Source of the DNA: Phoronis australis
Taxonomy: Eukaryota > Animalia > Phoronida
Reading direction: 5' to 3'
Assembly: GCA_002633005.1 (NCBI GenBank)
Contig: NMRA01000714.1
Coordinates: 60,400 to 124,399, forward strand
Length of the DNA stretch: 64,000 bases
This document shows, piece after piece, positions 52,937 to 64,000 of this stretch. The notes beneath the pieces are model-generated. The model saw nothing but the letters and a program-made list of their open reading frames with translations, was not told the DNA's origin and did no database searches. Within the stretch, counting starts at the first letter, position 1. Each line of letters opens with the position of its first letter. Both the position numbers and the translations under genes were made by a program.

Positions 52937-54189
52937 ATTGACACGGAGCAACAAGTTTGAGCACAAATTGCTCTACCTCACAAACGGGTGGCAAAAGTTG
53001 TCACCGCGGTGCCACTTTGCTCCGTGTCAGTCCCGTTTACACACAGGAACATTTCTTTCCGTGTCAGTTGATCCGTGTCAACTTTTGTAGAGTAAATGGC
53101 ACTATTGTTTCAGTGGCGTTAGCTTGCAATCACTTCATGAAGTCATTCAATCATAATCATAGTTGCACTGGCGCTGACTTGCAATCACTTTATGAAGTCA
53201 TTCAATAATAATCTCAACATTGCATTTTCGCGCCTTGTAATCTTGACAAGCGTGACGTGAGACACACAAACGCACCCAGTTAAGACATGCCCATGTTCAA
53301 AGGACTGAGGCACATGCAGGCGCATGCGCTCATACCCAAAACACACGGGCATTAACCATTAAGCCAGATTGAGGTCGCAAAAATACATCTTGGTACCTTG
53401 AACAAAATAGGAAAATCGCCTAGCTGCCACGCGTTCAAATAGTAAATCTATTGAGTTCAAAAGTTTATGTTTGCTATTGGCGAATAAAATCCATGAGTAT
53501 AGATCGAACGAAAGGGCATTTCGAGAGAAAACGAACTCAGTCGCCTGTCAAACAAAATAAACGGTTTGTCTACATATGATGAGTTTTGCGTGCAAAATTC
53601 AGGAGAACTAGTACAAGATGTACAAATTCTTGATGTAGGTTAAACTCGAGTAGTCGAGCACCTGTTGGTAACAACATTTTTGACAGGTTTCTTTTTAAAT
53701 TGATTTAAATGCAACAGGTGTACATGTAGAATATATTGCGAGGTTTCTATTTGCCATAAATAGGGCGCGAGGGGCTCCGAGTGTGAAAGTGCCTTCATAT
53801 CGCTGAACTGGGCTGTCAAAAACATGTAATAAACTACACGTATTTATCCCAATTTTGAAAAATGAACTCCACAAAACTCATCGCACAAAATGAAAATTTT
53901 CTTTTACTAATGGACTACCGAGATCCCTGATCTCAGACGGCGAATTTGAGTGGAATTTTCTATTCCATGGATTTTTGAAGATTGAAGACTTTTTGTGCCC
54001 GACTTTTGTGTAAAAACACTTTGTGAAAAATATGATTAATAACGTATAAGAATTAATGTTATCTCAAACCTTACTAAGTGGCCTCCATTTTAACTGGTAT
54101 ATCAAAAAACTAGGCTTTGTCAACTAGTAGAAGTATATTTTTTTAAAGAAAAAGATAAGGATATATAAAAATATGTTTTTATTTATGTC

Positions 54190-54236
54190 ATTATTATTAC
54201 TATTACTATTACCATTACCATTACCATTACCATTAC

Positions 54237-54302
<66 letters not shown>
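54190..54302. repeat. (ATT)n / (ATTACC)n microsatellite
   Basis: Direct reading. Confidence 0.95.
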
Positions 54303-55762
54303 GCTAACACCTTTTTAAAGTCTAAATTTCATGTTTAAGAAAGTTACATACATAGCAAAATAACCCCAATATCGGTTTTAATGAAACTTATTTCAATTGA
54401 AACTTCATCAGTTATCTCAAAAACGCTGTTAGAATTTGCGCGTAGTCATTTCGTTTGACTTCTATGACAAATAAATGCGCAAAACGCAAGGAGGTATTTT
54501 TGTAAAAAATAGAAGTCATACTCGTCTTTTTACATAAAGCAAAAACTAAGCTTTCGTATCGAAAATTTAACCCTAACATTGTCTTTGAGATTGATGAATA
54601 AACATTGAGTTCGGAAAGTTTCAGGGAAATCCACGAACCCACTTTTGAGAACTCGGGTTCCTAAGTACAAATTAAGTCGATTTGCCGAAGCCGACAAAAG
54701 GTCAATTACGTGGTGAGACGTAAAAATCTCAGGCCGAGTCAAGGACTTCAGTTAATTATTCGTTGAAAACTTGGTCTGGTCAATAAAACCTATGCAGCCC
54801 ATAGCCATGTTCATTATTTCAACATTCAAGCGCAATATCATCTGAATTTGCAGTGCGTAATTAACTTAGTCGATAAATTTTGAGGCTCATTTTCAACCAT
54901 TTTTAATATGATGGTTATTTAGCTGTACTTGCCCCCAAAAGTACCTTACCATATATCCGTGCTTTCACTTCTGGTGTGCTCAAGTGACAAGTGTTGTTTT
55001 TCGTCATATTATTTCCACATCAAAATGTTCTCTGGGATCATAACCTGAATATTTACCAGCCGCCGAACACAGTATATCTTTAAATGTTAAAATATAAAAA
55101 GAATCCTACGTCGACACCCTGAATGGTCGAGATTGGGCCACTCGACCGGTTTGCCTATCACAAAATCCGCGGGTTTAGCTCAGCTTCAGGCTGCTGATGT
55201 TATCGTGCTTCAGATAATCAGGCCCGGCCATTGTAAATACACTGGGGGGCGACAATAGTTTAATTTTTTGTTTTGAAAGTTTGTAAATAGCATATTTAAA
55301 TAATTCGTGAAAAGCACACGTGATTAGGTTTTTAAATTTCGAAAATTGGCAAAAATGTGACATTTACAACCTAAAACGTCTGTTTAATGTTGTAATCATA
55401 TGGTCCTCATTAATTCTGCTGGGTGTGCAAGATAATTGGGCCAATTACAAAACCACCAGACAACAGTTGGGTTTTGAGGTAACAGAGTGTCATTGTACAA
55501 TTTTAGCATGAAAAGCGACACCAGCGCCGTATATAAATCCCCGAATCAGTAATGAAAACTGCGACAACCTTCGAATGACTGCGACTGCGACTCGTAAAGT
55601 ATTCATTCGTGTAGACCAAGGTTTGATGTGTGCTCCGAAAGTTCTTCAATCGGATGGTGTCTACAAGGGTGATGCGATTATCGTGTGACAATCATATACG
55701 AAAATCGGACCAAAGAAGATAGAACTTTAGAAAAGGGAGTCGTGTGTTGCTTATTGCCATAC

Positions 55763-55916
55763 CTGACCGTGAAGTTGTGAAGTTGGCACCTGCGAGCGTG
55801 CCAAATGTCGGCCTCGTGGTGACCTTCGAGAAAAATTCGCTCACAACGTCGCGAGTACACAAACTTGTGTTCATATCCAAACGTCGTAAACAGCAATTTG
55901 CTTCTAAAAGTAAAAC
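55763..55916 (-). CDS. CASD1-like SGNH gene, exon 2
   Basis: TGTTTTTAG| ... AG|GTATGG; encodes ..RRCERIFLEGHHEADIWHARRCQLHNFTVR, compared with CASD1 C..LL..G..WQP..C.MH.Y; phases 1 and 2 fit exons 1 and 3. Confidence 0.85.
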
Positions 55917-55970
55917 CTAAAAACAGATGTGAATTATATTTGAGTCGGAAAGTCAGGGACGTCTGCTACT

Positions 55971-56100
55971 GGTGAGGGGCTACTTACTACGTCAGGTGCA
56001 ATGGTGAGGGGCTACTTACTACGTCAGGTGCAATGGTGAGGGGCTACTTACTACGTCAGGTGCAATGGTGAGGGGCTACTTACTACGTCAGGTGCAATGG
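55971..56100. repeat. 32-bp tandem repeat, 4 identical copies
   Basis: GGTGAGGGGCTACTTACTACGTCAGGTGCAAT x4. Confidence 0.95.
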
Positions 56101-57319
56101 TCCATCACAGGAGGCCTTGGATCGTCTTAAAATTTTTATTTCCGTTGTCGCAAAAGAAACGCAGTTGTTTTTAAGGATGGCAGAAATATGTTGAGCCTCG
56201 TCACGGTGGTTATTTGTGATCGGAAACGGGGCGCTTTTAAACGAAAATCCCTACGCCAGGGTACCTTTTCGTCAGAAGTACAGGACATAAGCAAATCTAT
56301 TATGTACGGTATACAAGCAACTTTTGGGGTAAGGTGACGACCGAGGAAATGGAGAACCGTTCTATATCAAACATCACAATGCACCATACCTTTCCAGGAA
56401 TGAAGTTTCAAATCTTTTATTACCAGTATCCACCAGTCTCAAAAATTGACCTATCGCCAGGGTTTTGAGTAACGGCTTAATTGACCAATTAGAACGCAGC
56501 ATTCTTGACACACCTTCGTTTCCAAGCCGCCATTTTACCCGACAAACAGCCCGTTACCGGGTAAAACTTATTGTTTATCGACATTTCGCAAGGGGGCGGA
56601 GTTTGCGATGGGTCAAATTATGAATATTAAGTTTGATGTTTATTTTTAGAACATTCACGGGTCACAAATAAAAAAACGTTGCTGAACAACATGTTTCCCT
56701 GTATTACCCGAAGTTTAGAAGTAAAAAATGCGTGCTTTTTTATACTAAAATCCTTGCATTGGGTCAGAGAGAGTCTACTTTGGATTTGACATTTTCAGGG
56801 TGCACTAAGGCATAATGGGCAGTTCGTAAATTGTTGGAGTATATGTCAGCTACATGTAAGATTGGTGTCTCATTTAGGCCTTGGAGGCCGCGCGGTTTAT
56901 TCACCGTCTCCAAAACTCCTCGACACCTCAATTACTAATCTGCTATTGGTCGTAAACTGCCATAAAACAGATTTTTATTCGGCAAAAGATTTGTGTGTAC
57001 GCACGTGAGCATATGGTTTTGTGGATTTGAGCAGTGACTCTCTCCACTGCAACGACTGGAACGTGTGTTGAGATGAGTCTGAAACACCGTTTACCGTTCT
57101 AGAATAGCAGTTGCAAAAATCAGATGTTTGTAATAAATTCTATAGAACTACTGTAGGCGTATCCGTAAAGACAGTCGATACCTCAAAATTAGAAACCATG
57201 AATTGAAACACAAGTCATAGACCCTAAATGTTGTTGCGTTGTTATATCATTAATCGAACTTAACGTACCTCCTCACTTAGATGATTAATTACATTACCAA
57301 GATTTTAAGTAACACTTAC

Positions 57320-57392
57320 CTAAATAGCAGATCAACACAATTACAGTCGCATGAAAGAACCGTCTGGGTAAAGATTGGCAAAGCATTTCCAT
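57320..57392 (-). CDS. CASD1-like SGNH gene, probable exon 1 (signal anchor)
   Basis: MEMLCQSLPRRFFHATVIVLICYL-G followed by strong donor G|GTAAGT, phase 1. Basic residues then a hydrophobic stretch suggest a type II anchor. Confidence 0.65.
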
Positions 57393-58024
57393 CGCTGTGA
57401 AGCCGGGATCATTCCAAGATCGTTTCCGTCCACACTTCAACACACCTGCTGCCCTCATGTTTCGCATTATAAAGTGAAATGATTTGAATAAAAACATCAA
57501 GTACATGTGTCTACCAATACATAAACTAAGTTATCTGAGCTTTCATTTTGGACTGTATTATTCGAAACAGTGAAGTTAGCACAACAACGGCAGCTAAACA
57601 AAGGCAATAAACCCGCGTATATTTCCAGTAGATGTTACAAGTTCACTGATCAGTTGCCGTTCTTTTCCTTTTTGCTATCTCTTTTCAAGAAATAAATCGA
57701 GTTCGGTCGAGGTCGATAAGCGGAATAATGTCTCGCGGGATATTACTTCATGTACGCCGGTACGCCACGCTCGGTACGTTTCGTGTATATACGCCTGTAA
57801 CCCGCTGGGCAAACAACAAAAACAAGAGAGACATCTAATGTGCGTGTGAATGCGCTACACACCATGTCACAAGATGTACAAAAACATGTATTCTCTTGTG
57901 ACACAATTAAGTATTGACTTCAAACAGGAAAACAATTTGAAAACAATTTCAACTAGTTTTCAGCAAAATGTGAGGTCAACTGAATGCGTAATTCGCAGTG
58001 AAATTATTAGAATATTCCTTATAC

Positions 58025-58600
58025 CAGTGGCGGATCTAGGATATCACAAGGGGGGCAACATTTCGTCTGTAAATATTTTCTCAAACCACGATTGTAGATG
58101 AGCATAGCACTGAATGGGGGGTGGTCGGGAGGTGGGTTCGCCCCCTTCCCGCCCAGGAAATTTTTCTGTTTTTTCTTCTAAAAATCAAGCATATTCCTCG
58201 ATTCCCGAAGTATTATCCAAGAAAAAAAGCAAAAAAAAAAACACGGAGAAAGTGTCAAACAGGCAAAACTGCATGTATCACAGACTTGAACTCACGACAT
58301 GGCGAATAGAGCGCGCGTGGTTTACCACTACACCAACACGAATTAACTCCTAAAGTGTTGTTACAAAGAGACCTACTTGATTATGGTCCACAGCGTTTGC
58401 GCGCGAAACCTCCTTGTTTTTGTAATACTTATTACATGTTTTATATTTTGTGCAATCAGATCATAACAAATTTGTTGTATTTAAAATAGTCTTCAATTGC
58501 CCAAAAGACCAAATCCGTTTTTTGTGTTGGCAAAAATGACGCGATGTTCTTTGGAAATCGTCTTAAGTTAAGGTTTGACAAAGAGAGAATTATGAGTTTC
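58025..58600. mobile_element. Second copy of the 15908-16642 MITE, right end missing
   Basis: CAGTGGCGGATCTAGGATATCACAAGGGGG start, colinear to ..GAGAGAATTATGAGTTTC. Confidence 0.8.
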
Positions 58601-58987
58601 TGAGTGATTCACTAAGGCTTCGATTAAAATTGACATCTTAGCAGTAGCTTCTGTTTTTTCATCATCACTCAGATTCCCACTTTCTTTAAAAAATGAAGTA
58701 ACTTTCTTCATTGCACAGTGGAGCAGACGACGGAAACGGAGTCGTAGTGCGCCGTGCCACTGCCGGTCGCCTGGGATATCGCGGGACTTGTTTTAGTCGA
58801 CGATTTTGACGTAAATTCGACCTCAGATTTCGTTTGGCGACTTGGGATTTTTGCCTAGTTAAGATAAACTTCGAGCACTTGAGTGTAAGTGTGACGTCAC
58901 GGCAAATTCAAATGCGGGATATCAGAAATGGAGCTCTACTGGCAATAAGGACAATGCCATACACTCTTTCAACTATCGAATGGTTAA

Positions 58988-60627
58988 AGGAGCATTCCAC
59001 CCAAAAAACAACCTAATTTGTATCAATTTCGATCGAGTAGTTCTACTCCGTAAGGACACGTACGGTTGCGTTACCTGGCACCTGACGACAGACGGAGTTG
59101 TTGAAATTATCCAATGACGTCATCGGTTTCACACGCAGTATGTTCAGCAGTTCACAACAAGGGTTACTGGTGTCAGCTTATCGCTTGAATTCATCGTTTA
59201 ACACCAATAAATCATCAAACTTCGATGTAAAACGCTTAAAAATACACCGATTTCGAATAAAAACGTGTTGTTTTATTTCGCTCTTACGGATTTATTGGTA
59301 TTTGGACACACCGTAGCCTACAAAGTTCGGCAGGCCAATAAGGTCCTTAGCAGGAGTTTGGGGTCTGTTCGGAGATAATTTCGAAGTATTTTCCGTGAAA
59401 TACAGACAAGAGAACCTAGATCTGTGTTGTTTAGACTTGTGATTTTTTGAGTTCTAAACACAAAACGCTTGTTATCTTGGCCAGTGGCTCGGAGCCCGAT
59501 CAGGCCCGTCGCGGTCGGCCGGATTGACTCGTTATCCCGGCCTGTGGCTCGGAAACTGATCAGACAACACGAACATAAACCAACCAAACTTAAGTGGAAA
59601 CTAATCTTCCAGTCAAGAAAACACTATACTAGTGAGCCAAAGTAATCTGCACGTGATTATGTTGGTGAATTCTAGCCACGAAACTGCAAATCTACTTACT
59701 CGTCGGGGGCCGCGAATTCAGGTTCCGCTTTGGCCACAGCACCGTCAGGGCAGAAGTTTTACATTGACAATCATTATTCGATTAATGTAAATGTAAATAA
59801 AGATTACCGTAACACCTGGCCGTGGGATGGAAATCGAGTTGTTTCACAACAGTTTCTGCCAACAAACACTAAATTAGCATGAGCTCACACGGCCTCGGTG
59901 TCCCGTCAATTAGTTTTTTTGCACCTAAAGCCGGTAACGCAGTGATTTATTCATTGCTGGCATCTCAAATCATTTGCACTCACGAACACTCCAAAGGCAT
60001 TACAAATTGCATCTAATGAGCCAGACTTTGTTTAAGTTTTATATAAGTATTGGTTAGGGTGAGAATAATTCGTTTTGAAACAGAACGCTCAGTAATTGAA
60101 CGCCAACATGGCAACTCGCAATCCCGACTTAGGACGAGCTAGAGCTCATCAGTCCCGACTTCGAAGGTGGATCGTTAAGTTTTACAGGCTATCAATTCGA
60201 ACAGGAATACAGTGATGAAGAAATACTACTGAGAGGCGCCGTGAACAAGCTCAGACAACGGAACGTATGGAGTTATTTGGTAAGCCGGCATTCGTCAGGC
60301 CACAGGCACGGAGATATTTCACGGCCTCCGCCAGCGTACATTTCATTCTTCACAACCATGAGCCACATCCTAAGCATTTCGGGCTCTCGAGGAAGTAAAA
60401 AACGATTTCCTCGCAGCTGCTTGGTTCGGACAAGCGGGAACGATGCACCGCAACATAGCGGCATTCAGTCTGCATATGAAAGACTGACGTTCGCTCGCGT
60501 TTCTCACCTTCCCCACAGATTAACGCGACACCTCTTGGCAAGGTAAGGTCGACCGTGTGCGAGGCGATGTGGATATAGACCGATTAAGAAGGCAAAAAAG
60601 ACTAATTAAATCGGGTGGCATTCTCCT
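58988..60627 (-). mobile_element. Kolobok K2 copy with both ends
   Basis: TTAA|AGGAGCATTCCACCC ... GGGTGGCATTCTCCT|TTAA; THAP remnant LPREPEMLRMWL. Confidence 0.88.
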
Positions 60628-60703
60628 TTAATTTGTTTAAGGCACCACAAATACGACCCGAAAAATGTTGTCGGTCGCATGCAAGTGCATTCAAACGCCA
60701 CAA

Positions 60704-61284
60704 CATGGGCGGCGCACCATTCCGGGGGGGCTGAAAGGCTATGGCCCCCCACATTTTTCAGTGCCGCGTCCCCATGGTATATGGGCTCTGCACCACAGGG
60801 GGTCTGGGGGTTTTTACCCCATACCCAGAGGCGGATTTAGAGGGGGACCAAGGAAGCCATGCCCCACCGCCTGAAGTTATCCCAGATTTTATTTGACAGT
60901 TCGGGGGCGCGAATGTCGCGGGACGGGCAAATTATGGCTGAATACTGTAGTGAATGTGGCTATTAAGGTTCTTTTCGGGCTACTCACCCTCGTTCATTCC
61001 TTGACTTAAGCACGCTGTCAGAAATACGTCCTCTTGCCATGGAGGACAACACACGAGAGCGCGAAGGACCACACCAGCAGGCAGCTCCCCAGTCACGTGA
61101 CAAAAACTATATCCGGACGACCATAACACTCATACGAACAAGGACGGACGACATTGAAACTGGACAACGAATATCTACCTAGGTTCACGACAATACTCTG
61201 CCCTGCCCCCCCCAACTCAAAATCCTGGATCCGCCCAGTGATACCCCTCAGCCCCCTCTTAGTTCAGTGCTGCGCCGCCCAATG
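60704..61284. mobile_element. Dimeric hAT5-like MITE containing a nested related MITE (60826-61240)
   Basis: Outer duplication CACAA/CACAA; inner element CAGAGGCGGATTTAG...GGATCCGCCCAGTG with duplication ATACC/ATACC. Confidence 0.82.
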
Positions 61285-61519
61285 CACAAGTAAGGCTAAA
61301 TCTATGCAACAAAGTGTCAAAAATTCCTAATCATAAAGTCGTCAAGGCAACCCACTTAAGATCCCCGGGTGTCGTGGTCCGGCCCTCGTGAGCGACCACT
61401 GTTTGCCGACTAGCTGCATCCGCATGCCTAAGCTCCACAATTACATGTATACGCGGCTTCAGTCACCGAATTAGAGGCATGCGTTCAATTGTCGGGTTTT
61501 ACGGTAACGGCGCTCCCTA

Positions 61520-62896
61520 CGGGTGAGTGAGAAACAACATGACCGCCGGTCCTCTAAATCGGACCGACTCACCCAAAACACAGGACTGACGCACTTACAA
61601 ACATGACCGCTCCACCACAAAACAGGACCGCCGGGGACTCAGTAGTTAAGGCCTCAGTGTGTGATACTGCGGGTTATGACGTAACCGGTCAGATAGCTGT
61701 GTAAAGACTATCGCCAAAATAAAGCTTGACAGCTTAGCGTTATTGAGCTCCGTTACATCCCCGAAATTTCCCACAGCCCGGGTAGTTCTGCTAGTCACTT
61801 CGTCGTGAAACTTACATCAACATGGTAGAGCGCGCGACCGGCGAAGGCACATGCAAAATCTAGGCGTCAACCAACACTCAACTTGCAGGTTGCAACCGCT
61901 TGAGTGAAAAACAATCTATGAACTATTGTAACAGTAATTCTGTCGCGCTCGTGACACGTGCACGCGCCATTTCCTCAAAAAACATTTGCGACATCTTTCG
62001 GAAGATGACAACTTCGCGGCAACAAGATTTGTTCTGAAATTCGGTTTGCTGGTATTAAAATACTAAAAACTTATAAAAAATGAAACCAGTTTCGATAATT
62101 TGTTGTGCCACTTACGCAACCTTGTAGAAGAACAGTTGACTGAAGAATCGGGGGAAAAGGAACCGGCCAATGTACTGAGCCGCGACTTAAGAACGCAGAA
62201 TAACGACAGAACGACAACTTTTCTCGAGCGCCGATGAAATAATTCAGTTTACTCAAGGAAGAGTGATGTTAATAACACAAATTCGCCGGGTGAAGATTTT
62301 ACATGTTCATTTTTTTACCCACATCGGCGCAAAGCTGTATATTTAGTATAGCTTTGCCGCACAAATGCAGCTGAGTATGATGATGATTCACCCGAGAACG
62401 ACCAGAACGCCTGTTATTTTACTTGACTAACTTTAAACGTCAAATTGGAGAAAATGATTTTCATTTTGTTCTAAAACTTATGCAGTGGATAAAATTATGA
62501 TTATTTAGCTCAAAAGCGAACAACGTGGTTGTTTGGTGTTAGATTTATTAAATGTTGACCTTTCAACTGTTTATAAGTCACATACCGCAGCCGGAAGGCT
62601 GGTGATGAGTAAAACTCAAAACGCCGCGTATTACAAAGCGAAGTGTCCTCTGTTGCGCACAAAAGATTTCGGTGGATTAATCGGCACAAGACCTGAATAC
62701 GTATGTAGCCCCATAGTAACGGTACTATCTTAGCCCATTCAGTGTTAGTCATTGCGGTTTTAGTCCCCGGCGGTCCTGTTTTGTGGTGGGGCGGTCATGT
62801 TTTTAGGTCCGTCATTCCCATTTTCTGGTGCGGTGGTCCCATTTGATCTCCGGAGGTCCTGTTTAGAGGACCGGCGGTCATGTTGTTTCTCACCCG
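61520..62896. mobile_element. Long-TIR non-autonomous element, family unresolved
   Basis: ~125-bp imperfect TIRs: GAGAAACAACATGACCGCCGGTCCTCTAAA..ACAGGACCGCCGGGGACT mirrored at 62762-62896; no clear TSD. Confidence 0.7.
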
Positions 62897-63030
62897 GGCC
62901 TCTGTGGTTTTTAGTCTGATCCCTTAGATTAAAATAATGTAGTTCTGGGACTGGTGACTTGGTGCCCCCTAGCGACGAGACAAGGGTTATGGCTTCTCGC
63001 GCATTCACGCAAAAGTACGAGAGATGTGTC

Positions 63031-63193
63031 ATGGCCGACGTGGTGAAAAAGCCCGATCCTGAGGGAGGGGGTGCGAATACGTCGAGTTCCCATGAAATGG
63101 CTCGTCTTCTGAATGTCGACACAGCGAAACTGTTTGCCTTGGTATTTGTCATAGGTTTCATTCTGTACCATGGCAGTATCCATTTAAAGTCAG
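63031..63193 (+). CDS. CASD1: First coding exon of probable CASD1 (Cas1 domain-containing sialate O-acetyltransferase); the gene continues beyond the window
   Basis: MADVVKK..EMARLLNVDTAKLFALVFVIGFILYHGSIHLKS-G then donor CAG|GTGAGT (phase 1). Matches the N-terminal anchor pattern AK.LA.V....YH of animal CASD1 as recalled. Confidence 0.72.
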
Positions 63194-64000
63194 GTGAGTG
63201 TGCATCGTCTAGGTTTCACCGTTCTGACACTGCCTGGCACTGGCAGCCAGTGCAGTGCCAGTGCCACTAGCAGTGGCAGTGCAGTGGGAGGGAGGCTCGG
63301 CTTCTATTACGTAGGCGGTATACATGCTAGGTAAAACGCTAGCGTGTTCGATATCACCAAATCTGGGTTGGGATCAAGCAGACACCGCGGCAAAAGGCAA
63401 TATGAAAAGTACCCTATTGCAGCAGTGGTAGTTTTGTTCAAGAGTTCCCACCCAAGAAGTGAACCCATTTTTGGGAATTTGATTGGAATTGCTTTCATGG
63501 GGACTCTGGTTGAGTACCCATTAGAGCAGCACTTCCCGTATCATTTATCTTCGCTATGTAAGTGTCCCCCATGTTGGATTTTCACTGATTTTAGTTTGCC
63601 TAGATATAATTTGTCAGTGTAACATTTACATGGCAAGGAGTGGTTAGTTAGGGAGGACAGCATTTTTCAAAAATTTTAGAAAATGTGCATGTAATATACA
63701 TCATTAGAAAGCTCTTTTCGAGACTAAAATAACGATAGTAAAATTTTTTAAATTGGACTTATGGTTCCGGAGAAAATGTCATTTTCGTGTCAAAATTTTT
63801 GGTAAAAATTCTGTCAAATCGAATCTGCGAGTTCAAAATATTATTATTTCAAAACTAAGAAACGTAAATAGACATGTAATACATCATTTTAAAGAACTTT
63901 TTATGATGAATAATTTGCCAAAAAAACCATTTCGATTAGACGTTCCTGTGCGAAGATATTGACCTTAAAGTCAACACAGCCGACAAAGAGAAGTCACTAC

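Overview
Repeat-rich (~40% GC) intron-containing animal DNA, most likely a marine invertebrate; the organism cannot be fixed from the sequence. Three host genes were reconstructed by hand from splice sites and reading-frame phase. (1) The last two exons (<1-521, 5978-8700, +) of a C2H2 zinc-finger protein with clustered PLDLS-type CtBP motifs. (2) A ~32-kb minus-strand gene (57392 to ~25438) for a type II membrane SGNH/PC-esterase protein that matches only the luminal catalytic domain of CASD1; GDS and DGLH are intact but its last exon looks damaged. (3) Exon 1 of a probable canonical CASD1 (63031-63193, +), head-to-head with (2). The rest is transposon debris: two Kolobok families (TTAA, THAP plus KolX-like stubs), two inverted copies of an ISL2EU element (AT TSD, THAP plus YqaJ remnants; one copy triple-nested), a family of 5-bp-TSD hAT5-like MITEs, Harbinger-type MITEs, RNase H-bearing LINE relics, tRNA-derived SINEs and several minisatellites. 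All family calls come from motif recognition, not from database searches.
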